A model generated the notes under the pieces. The model saw nothing but the letters and a program-made list of their open reading frames with translations. It had not been told where the DNA came from and ran no database searches. 33,804 nucleotides of DNA, taken from sequence record SRR2962707_2058. One strand, 5' to 3'. Below are positions 26,885-33,804 of this stretch, in pieces (the first letter of the stretch is position 1; the number at the start of each line of letters is the position of its first letter). The position numbers and the translations under genes were made by a program.

Positions 26885-26927
26885 CGTCAATTTATTTTTT
26901 GACAACTGAATAAAATATTGCAATGAT
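26885..26927. promoter_or_regulatory. Candidate ROK operator overlapping divergent sigma70 -35 elements
   Basis: TTTATT-N12-AATAAA (26891-26914) encloses a perfect TTGACA (26899-26904) with AATGAT 17 nt downstream. A minus-strand TTGACG lies at 26885-26890. Confidence 0.5.
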
Positions 26928-26994
26928 TTGCGGCATGTTGATACATTTATCGGCGTAGCCAGGCATGGCACAATTAATCTCGGGAGGATTTTTC

Positions 26995-28029
26995 ATGCGC
27001 AAAACTCTAATTCTTGCTGCTTTTGCAGCGCTAGCTATGAACTCGACAGCAATGGCTGCGGGCAAAACAGTCGCTGTTTCTTGGAAGGTATTCCAAGAAG
27101 AGCGTTGGAAACGCGACGAAGCTGTTATTAAGAAAATCGTTGAAGATGCAGGCGATACCTACATCTCTGCCGATGCTCAGGGTTCAGCTGCTAAACAGCT
27201 TACAGATATTGAATCTTTGATTTCTCAGGGCGCTGACGTTCTTATGATCGTGCCTTTCGACTCAGAAGCAATTTTGCCAGCTGTTGAAAAAGCAACCGCT
27301 GAAGGCATTCCAATGATCGCTTATGATGTTCAGATCGAACATCCAGATAGCCTTTACATCACATTCGATAACGTAGGCGTTGGCCGTCTGATCGCTAAAG
27401 AAGTGCTTAAAGCAAAACCTGAAGGCAACTTGGCAATCATTAAAGGTGACCCAGGCGATCCGAATGCAACATTTTTGCTAAATGGCATGATGGAAGTTGT
27501 TCAGCCAAGCATCGACTCTGGCGCTGTGAAAATCGTCGGCGAAGCATTCTCTGATGGTTGGAAGCCTGAAAATGCGCAGAAGAACATGGAACAGATCCTA
27601 ACTGCCAATGAAAACAAAGTTGACCTCGTTTTCTCTGAAAATGACGGTATGGCTGGTGGTGTTGTGGCTGCTCTTTCTGCACAGGGCCTTGCTGGTTCAG
27701 TGCCAGTTGGCGGTCAGGACGGCGACCTAGCTGCGATCAACCGTGTTGCTCTTGGCACGCAGACAACTTCAGTTTGGAAAGACTCTCGTGCATTGGGTAA
27801 GGTGGCTGCTGAAGCTGCTTTGATGCTCGCAGACGGCAAATCAATGACTGATGTTCCTGGCGTTACTAAGTTCTCAGACGGTAAACGCGGCGTAGAAGTA
27901 AACGCTATTCTTCTTGATCCGCTACCAATCACAGTTGACAACATCGACGTTGTTATCGACGCTGGCTGGATCGACAAAGATACAGCTTGTAAAGGCGTTG
28001 AAGCAGGCAAAGTTGCAGCTTGTAACTAA
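26995..28029 (+). CDS. xylF: D-xylose ABC transporter substrate-binding protein
   Basis: Signal peptide, FQEERWKRDE, YITFDN, KGDPGDPNA, GW, ENDGMAGG, GQDGD, VWKD; ATG at 26995 after GGGAGG. Confidence 0.9.
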   Translation: MRKTLILAAFAALAMNSTAMAAGKTVAVSWKVFQEERWKRDEAVIKKIVEDAGDTYISADAQGSAAKQLTDIESLISQGADVLMIVPFDSEAILPAVEKATAEGIPMIAYDVQIEHPDSLYITFDNVGVGRLIAKEVLKAKPEGNLAIIKGDPGDPNATFLLNGMMEVVQPSIDSGAVKIVGEAFSDGWKPENAQKNMEQILTANENKVDLVFSENDGMAGGVVAALSAQGLAGSVPVGGQDGDLAAINRVALGTQTTSVWKDSRALGKVAAEAALMLADGKSMTDVPGVTKFSDGKRGVEVNAILLDPLPITVDNIDVVIDAGWIDKDTACKGVEAGKVAACN

Positions 28030-28055
28030 GTCTAGAAAGACTTGAGATGAACTTC

Positions 28056-28083
28056 GGGGGCCAAAACGTCTGTTCTGGCCCCC
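28056..28083 (+). terminator. Intercistronic hairpin after xylF (attenuator or mRNA stabiliser)
   Basis: GGGGGCCAAAAC-gtct-GTTCTGGCCCCC (one mismatch) followed by TATTT. Confidence 0.6.
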
Positions 28084-28181
28084 TATTTCCAAAAGTTTTC
28101 CAAATTATATATGCGAGATCCTGACCGCAGAGCGGTTGCAGTCGATTTCCCATCATTATTAAATATTTAGGAGTGTTGGCT

Positions 28182-29501
28182 ATGGCCGATGGCGGAACTA
28201 CGCAAGACCCCAATGCACCAAGGCAAGACAGCGCATTTGTGCGGTTCTTGCGCGCGACTGAGATCGACACCCGCATGCTGGGTATGATTGCAGCACTGAT
28301 CGCAATTTGGGTAGGTTTTCATTATTATGGTCTATTTGCCAACGGTTTTGCGGCGTTTCTAACACCGCGAAATTTATGGAACCTATCAGTTCAAACATCT
28401 TCAATTGCCGTGATGGCGACAGGCATGATGCTAATTATCGTGACGCGCCACATCGACCTTTCTGTTGGTTCAATGCTTGGCCTCGTCGCCATGCTTATGG
28501 GTGTGACGCAGGTTTGGATTTTGCCGGAATATCTTGGTCTCGATAACCCGCTTACATGGGTTATCACCGTCGGTGTTGGTGTAATTGCAGGAACAATCAT
28601 TGGCGCTTTCCAAGGTTTTTTAATTGCCTATCTGTCCATACCTGCCTTCATCGTCACATTGGGCGGTCTTTTGATTTGGCGCGGGTCTGCCTATTTGGTG
28701 GCGCGCGGAGAAACAATTGCGCCGGTTGATACGACCTTTGCTCTTATCGGCGGCGGCCCTTTCGGTACGGTCGGTGCAACCGGCACTTGGATCGTTGGTA
28801 TTCTTGCTTGTTTAGGTATTATCGCTTTGCTTTTGGCTGGACGTCGCCAAAGGGTTCGATTTGAATTTCCATTGCGTCCAATGTGGGCAGAATATCTAAT
28901 CGGCGGTATTGGCTGTGGTTTGGTTATTGCCACTGTACTCGTGATGAATGCCTATCCTTGGCCTAAAGGCATTGTGCGCCAAGTCGCGCAGGAGCGCGGT
29001 GTAACACCTGAAGACATCGGCTTCGTATCGCACGGTCTGGCAATTCCAGTTTTGATCGCAATTGCAGTTGGCCTCGTGATGACATTCATCACAACACGCA
29101 CGCGCTTTGGCCGCTACGTGTTTGCCATTGGTGGCAACCCAGAAGCGGCAGAATTGGCCGGTATTAACACCAAAAAAATGACATTGATGATTTTCGCCCT
29201 GATGGGTGCCTTGGTTGGTATTTCAGCGACGATTGCAAGCGCCCGTCTAAAATCAGCAACGATCGCGCTTGGTCAATTTGATGAGCTTTACGTGATTGCA
29301 GCAGCGGTTATCGGCGGCACTTCTTTTGCTGGCGGTATCGGCACGATTTACGGCGCCATGCTCGGCGCGCTGGTTATGCAGTCCCTGCAATCGGGCATGG
29401 TGCTCGTTGGTTTTGACAGCGCAATCCAGCAAATGGTCGTCGGCGGCGTTCTCGTTGTCGCTGTATGGCTCGACACAATGTATCGCAAGAATTCGGTTTA
29501 G
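28182..29501 (+). CDS. xylH: Xylose ABC transporter permease
   Basis: RHIDLSVGS, IPAFIVTLGG, TRFGRYVFAIGGNPEAAELAGI, ELYVIAAAVIGG; ATG at 28182 after AGGAG. Confidence 0.92.
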   Translation: MADGGTTQDPNAPRQDSAFVRFLRATEIDTRMLGMIAALIAIWVGFHYYGLFANGFAAFLTPRNLWNLSVQTSSIAVMATGMMLIIVTRHIDLSVGSMLGLVAMLMGVTQVWILPEYLGLDNPLTWVITVGVGVIAGTIIGAFQGFLIAYLSIPAFIVTLGGLLIWRGSAYLVARGETIAPVDTTFALIGGGPFGTVGATGTWIVGILACLGIIALLLAGRRQRVRFEFPLRPMWAEYLIGGIGCGLVIATVLVMNAYPWPKGIVRQVAQERGVTPEDIGFVSHGLAIPVLIAIAVGLVMTFITTRTRFGRYVFAIGGNPEAAELAGINTKKMTLMIFALMGALVGISATIASARLKSATIALGQFDELYVIAAAVIGGTSFAGGIGTIYGAMLGALVMQSLQSGMVLVGFDSAIQQMVVGGVLVVAVWLDTMYRKNSV

Positions 29502-29510
29502 GGGTTGGTG

Positions 29511-30311
29511 ATGACAAATTCACAGACAAATACGATGGATCAACAGCCACTTGTCGAAATGCGGGATGTTTCAATCGCTTTCGGCGGCATTAAAGCGGTC
29601 GATCATGCAAGCCTTTCGCTTTATCCAGGCGAAGTTGTTGGTTTGCTTGGGCACAATGGCGCAGGCAAATCAACGCTGATTAAAATCCTGTCAGGCGCCT
29701 ATGCGCGTGATGGCGGCAAAATCTACGTTGGCGGCGAAGAGGCGCAAATCGCAAATCCGCGTGACGCAAAAGCCTATGGTATCGAGACGATTTACCAAAC
29801 GCTTGCGCTTGCTGATAATGTGGATGCGGCGGCTAACCTTTTCCTTGGTCGCGAATTGCTGACCCGCTGGGGTACACTTGATGATGCGGCAATGGAATCT
29901 GAAACACGCAAGGTGATGGGCCGTTTGAACCCAAACTTTAGACGTTTTAAAGATCCGGTGAAATCGCTATCAGGTGGCCAACGCCAATCCGTGGCGATTG
30001 CCCGTGCGATCCACTTTAATGCGCGCATCTTGATTATGGACGAACCAACGGCGGCGCTTGGACCACAAGAAACCGCACAGGTTGGTGAACTTATTAAGCA
30101 GCTTAAAAAAGATGGCATCGGCATATTCCTGATCAGCCACGACATTGAAGACGTGTTTGATTTGGCGGACCGCGTTGCTGTGATGAAAAACGGCCAGATG
30201 GTTGGCTCAGCAAAAGTCGGTGATGTGACCAAGGACGAAGTTCTGGGCATGATCATCTTGGGCAAATGTCCGCCCGGCGCTACGCCCGGCCCAGGCGCGA
30301 TCGAGGAATAA
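29511..30311 (+). CDS. xylG: Sugar ABC transporter ATP-binding protein (single NBD)
   Basis: Walker A GHNGAGKS, signature LSGGQ, Walker [13 protein letters not shown]. Exact start is uncertain (29505, 29508, 29511 or 29535). Confidence 0.9.
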   Translation: MTNSQTNTMDQQPLVEMRDVSIAFGGIKAVDHASLSLYPGEVVGLLGHNGAGKSTLIKILSGAYARDGGKIYVGGEEAQIANPRDAKAYGIETIYQTLALADNVDAAANLFLGRELLTRWGTLDDAAMESETRKVMGRLNPNFRRFKDPVKSLSGGQRQSVAIARAIHFNARILIMDEPTAALGPQETAQVGELIKQLKKDGIGIFLISHDIEDVFDLADRVAVMKNGQMVGSAKVGDVTKDEVLGMIILGKCPPGATPGPGAIEE

Positions 30312-30314
30312 GCA

Positions 30315-31754
30315 ATGTATCTCGGCCTTGATCTTGGCACTTCTGGACTGAAGGGTCTGCTCATTGATAGCAAACAGAATATCGTCGCTGAAGCTTCAGC
30401 TGCGATTTCTGTTTCACGTCCTCATGACGGCTGGTCAGAGCAAGACCCAGCCGACTGGATCGCTGCAACTAAGAGCGTCTTGGCTGATCTAGCAAAGGCC
30501 ACTGATCTGTCCTTGCTGCAAGCCATCGGTGTCAGTGGTCATATGCACGGCGCAACTTGCATCGACAAAGCAGGTGAAATTATTCGCCCTGCCATTTTGT
30601 GGAATGATACGCGCAGTCACGTAGAAGCCGCAGCGATGGATGCTGATCCTGAATGGCGCTCTGTTACGGGCAATATTGTTTTCCCAGGCTTTACCGCACC
30701 CAAAATTAATTGGATGCGCAAGAATGAGCCTATGCTTTTTGAGCGTATTGATAAGGTGCTCTTGCCGAAGGACTATCTGCGCTATTGGCTTATCGGCGAT
30801 TGCGTCGCTGAAATGTCTGATGCTGCAGGCACCGCGTGGCTCGACACCGGAAAACGCGATTGGTCTGACAGCCTGCTTGCCAAAACGGGACTTAGCCGTG
30901 GGCAGATGCCACGCCTAGTTGAGGGCGGCGAAGTTTCGGGCACAGTGCGTTCCGCACTTGCGCAGGAATTTGGCTTTTCAGATAAAGTAGTGGTTGCTGG
31001 CGGCGCTGGTGACAATGCCGCCGCAGCGATTGGCGTTGGTGTTGTCAAAGAAGGTGATGCGTTTGCATCCTTTGGCACGTCTGGTGTTTTGTTTGCCGCC
31101 TGTGATGGCTTCAAGCCTGATCCTGAAACGGCAGTGCACACATTTTGCCACGCGGTTCCAGATACTTGGCATCAAATGGGCGTTATCCTATCTGCAACGG
31201 ATTCCCTTAATTGGTACGCAAAATTTGTTGGCAAAAGCGCCGCGGATCTAACGACTGGTCTTGGCGACCTTGTAGCGCCAAGCAAGACTTTGTTTTTGCC
31301 CTATTTGGGCGGCGAACGCACACCGCATAATGACGCCAATGTGCGCGGCGCCTTCCTTGGCCTTGAACACATCACAGATCAAGCCGCCGGAACCCGTGCA
31401 GTCCTAGAAGGTGTTGTGCATGCCTTCCGCGATAGTTTTGATGCCCTAACGTCAACCGGCACCAAAATGGAACACATTATGGCAGTTGGCGGTGGATCAA
31501 AGTCTGACTACTGGCTTAAAGCATTGGCGACATCGCTCAATATGCCGATTGATGTGCCGGTCTCCGGTGACTTTGGCGGCGCATTGGGCGCAGCCCGTCT
31601 CGCAATGATGGCTAAAACAGGCGCTGGCGCTGAAATCGCGACCCGCCCCCCTGTGGCCAAAACAGTAGAACCTGTAACCTCAATGATTGAAGCATTCAGC
31701 GATGCGCATAGCCGTTATCGTGAAGCATACAAAGCGATAAGGAGCCTCGCGTGA
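30315..31754 (+). CDS. xylB: Xylulokinase
   Basis: [47 protein letters not shown]. Confidence 0.96.
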   Translation: MYLGLDLGTSGLKGLLIDSKQNIVAEASAAISVSRPHDGWSEQDPADWIAATKSVLADLAKATDLSLLQAIGVSGHMHGATCIDKAGEIIRPAILWNDTRSHVEAAAMDADPEWRSVTGNIVFPGFTAPKINWMRKNEPMLFERIDKVLLPKDYLRYWLIGDCVAEMSDAAGTAWLDTGKRDWSDSLLAKTGLSRGQMPRLVEGGEVSGTVRSALAQEFGFSDKVVVAGGAGDNAAAAIGVGVVKEGDAFASFGTSGVLFAACDGFKPDPETAVHTFCHAVPDTWHQMGVILSATDSLNWYAKFVGKSAADLTTGLGDLVAPSKTLFLPYLGGERTPHNDANVRGAFLGLEHITDQAAGTRAVLEGVVHAFRDSFDALTSTGTKMEHIMAVGGGSKSDYWLKALATSLNMPIDVPVSGDFGGALGAARLAMMAKTGAGAEIATRPPVAKTVEPVTSMIEAFSDAHSRYREAYKAIRSLA

Positions 31755-33052
31755 CTGACTTTTTCAAAGGAATTGAAGCCGTAAAATATGAAGGTCCAGA
31801 CAGCGATAGCGAACTTTGCTACCGCCATTACGATCCAAATGAAGTGATCATGGGCAAGCGTATGGAAGATCATCTGCGCTTTGCCGTGGCATACTGGCAT
31901 TCATTTGCTTGGCCAGGCGGCGACCCTTTTGGTGGCCAAACATTTGATCGGCCTTGGTTTGGCGAGACAATTGAGCTGGCTAAGTTGAAAGCGGACGTTG
32001 CTTTCGACATGTATGAAATTTTGGGCCAGCCATATTACTGTTTCCATGATGCCGATATGCGTCCCGAAGGCGCAAATTTTGCGGAAAGCCAAGCTAATCT
32101 CGAAACCATCGTCGATTACCTTGGCGAGAAAATGGAGAACTCAAAGACTCGTCTTCTTTGGGGAACAGCAAACCTATTTTCTAATCGCCGCTTTATGTCT
32201 GGCGCATCGACTAATCCTGACCCAGATGTCTTTGCCTATTGTGCGGCGACCGTAAAAGGCTGCATGGACGCGACCCTTAAATTGGGCGGTGAAAACTATG
32301 TGCTTTGGGGTGGCCGCGAAGGCTATGAAACATTGCTCAACACCGACCTAAAACAGGAAGACGAGCACATGGGCCGCTTCCTTAACATGGTTGTTGATTA
32401 CAAACACAAAATTGGTTTCAAAGGTCCGATCCTTATCGAGCCAAAGCCGCAAGAACCATCAAAGCATCAATATGATTATGATGTTGCCACCGTCTACGGC
32501 TTCCTCAAACGTCATGGCCTTGAGAACGAAGTGCGCGTGAACCTTGAGCAGGGACATGCAATTCTTGCCGGCCACTCTTTTGAGCATGAGCTTGCAATGG
32601 CTGGTGCGCTCGGCATTTTCGGTTCAATCGATATGAACCGCAATGATTATCAATCTGGCTGGGATACCGATCAGTTCCCAAACAATGTGCCTGAAGTGGC
32701 TTTGGCCTATTATGAAATTCTGCGTGCGGGTGGTTTTACAACCGGTGGCACAAACTTTGATGCGAAAATTCGCCGTCAGTCGCTTGATCCGATGGATTTG
32801 ATTGCTTCACACGTTGGCGGCATGGATATCTGTGCACGCGGCTTTAAAGCGGCTGCTAAAATGTTTGAAGACGGCAAATTGGAAGCAGAGCGCAAAGCAC
32901 GTTATGCTGGCTGGGAAACCGGCGAAGCCAAAGCAATGCTCAACAGCAATCTTGGCGATATTACTGCCCGTGTGCTTGCTGAAGATATCAATCCACAGCC
33001 ACGCTCTGGTAAGCAGGAAATTTTGGAAAATTTGGTCAATCGCTACGTCTGA
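31751..33052 (+). CDS. xylA: Xylose isomerase (class II)
   Basis: [43 protein letters not shown] overlap with the xylB stop. Confidence 0.97.
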   Translation: MTDFFKGIEAVKYEGPDSDSELCYRHYDPNEVIMGKRMEDHLRFAVAYWHSFAWPGGDPFGGQTFDRPWFGETIELAKLKADVAFDMYEILGQPYYCFHDADMRPEGANFAESQANLETIVDYLGEKMENSKTRLLWGTANLFSNRRFMSGASTNPDPDVFAYCAATVKGCMDATLKLGGENYVLWGGREGYETLLNTDLKQEDEHMGRFLNMVVDYKHKIGFKGPILIEPKPQEPSKHQYDYDVATVYGFLKRHGLENEVRVNLEQGHAILAGHSFEHELAMAGALGIFGSIDMNRNDYQSGWDTDQFPNNVPEVALAYYEILRAGGFTTGGTNFDAKIRRQSLDPMDLIASHVGGMDICARGFKAAAKMFEDGKLEAERKARYAGWETGEAKAMLNSNLGDITARVLAEDINPQPRSGKQEILENLVNRYV

Positions 33053-33077
33053 CCAAGGCCTAATATCAATTTAACTG

Positions 33078-33109
33078 AACGCCCGCTTTATGCGGGCGTT
33101 TTTGTTTTT
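33078..33109 (+). terminator. Rho-independent terminator after xylA
   Basis: AACGCCCGC-tttat-GCGGGCGTT followed by TTTGTTTTT. Confidence 0.9.
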
Positions 33110-33207
33110 ACCGGCCCCATAAAAGGGACCGAATACAGCGATAACAATTCTTCCTGTTTCTCTAACCGCGGAAAATTTATTGAAAAGAAGTTTCTCTATG
33201 GCCTTTT

Positions 33208-33219
33208 TAAATCGATTAG
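33208..33219. promoter_or_regulatory. Candidate LacI-family operator upstream of zwf
   Basis: TAAATCGATTAG, a CG-centred near-palindrome (core AATCGATT) about 40 nt before the zwf ATG. Confidence 0.3.
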
Positions 33220-33258
33220 ATTATAGGTAATGCAACACTTTCAAACTTGAGCATTGTT

Positions 33259-33804
33259 ATGTCCAGTCAGATTATTCCAGTAGATCCCTTTGATTGTATC
33301 GTATTTGGTGGCACGGGCGACCTTGCCGAGCGCAAGCTATTGCCAGCGCTTTATCATCGTCAAAAAGACGGTCAGATGACTGAACCATCAAATATTATTG
33401 GCGCTTCACGTTCAGAAATGAGCGATGACGAATACCGCGAATTCGCGCACGCTGCCCTTAAAGAGCACATCAAAGAACCGCTTGATGAAGAGCAAGTAAA
33501 GCTGTTCTTGGGTAAACTGCGCTATGTGTGTGTTGACGCAAAATCGGACAAAGGCTGGTCTGATTTAAAAGAGGCTGTCGGCGGCGAAAAAGATAAAAAA
33601 CGCGCCTATTATTTAGCTGTTGGCCCTGCTTTGTTTGGCGATATCGCGACGCGCCTTCGTGACAATGATATGATCACGCCGGAAACCCGCATCATCGTTG
33701 AAAAGCCGATTGGCCGCGATCTTGAGTCTGCCAAAGTGCTTAATGACACTTTGGGCGAGGTTTTTGAAGAATATCAGATTTTCCGTATCGACCATTACCT
33801 TGGC
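33259..33804 (+). CDS. zwf: Glucose-6-phosphate 1-dehydrogenase (3'-truncated by the window edge)
   Basis: Not in the ORF track. Manual translation gives MSSQIIPVDPFDCIVFGGTGDLAERKLLPALY...YYLAVGP...EKPIGRD...IFRIDHYLG. Confidence 0.96.
   Translation, partial: MSSQIIPVDPFDCIVFGGTGDLAERKLLPALYHRQKDGQMTEPSNIIGASRSEMSDDEYREFAHAALKEHIKEPLDEEQVKLFLGKLRYVCVDAKSDKGWSDLKEAVGGEKDKKRAYYLAVGPALFGDIATRLRDNDMITPETRIIVEKPIGRDLESAKVLNDTLGEVFEEYQIFRIDHYLG

Noticed and set aside
33112-33131. Second hairpin after the xylA terminator
   Set aside because: The stem is short and mismatched with no U-tract.
33613-33795. 60-aa minus-strand ORF
   Set aside because: It is antisense to zwf.
1-33804. CRISPR arrays, IS/transposases, integrases, tRNA/rRNA, pseudogenes
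   Set aside because: No repeat-spacer pattern or mobile-element motifs were seen. Intergenic gaps are all under about 220 nt, and all genes appear intact.

Overview
This is a gene-dense (~50% GC) chromosomal window from what looks like an alphaproteobacterium, probably Hyphomicrobiales/Rhodobacterales-like (inferred from protein style and gene order). It holds four catabolic modules. (1) Purine degradation: puuD (partial), uraH, a puuE-uraD fusion, allE-type ureidoglycine aminohydrolase/allantoicase, allA and xdhABC. (2) A six-gene non-phosphorylative L-arabinose plus De Ley-Doudoroff D-galactose operon. (3) A fragmentary inositol cluster (iolB, iolE, a Gfo/Idh/MocA oxidoreductase, an SDR) with a LysR/mmsA pair. 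(4) A xylose locus (ROK repressor, xylFHG, xylB, xylA) followed by the 5' end of zwf. No RNA genes, CRISPR arrays or mobile elements were seen. The most interesting element is a pair of exported proteins attached to the xylose locus. One is an ASPIC/UnbV (CRTAC1-like) beta-propeller translationally coupled to the ROK repressor. The other is a convergent diheme bCcP/MauG-family enzyme that, by motif alignment, has His at both the heme-2 distal-ligand position (Met in bCcP, Tyr in MauG) and the inter-heme Trp position. All calls are motif recognition by eye; no searches were run.
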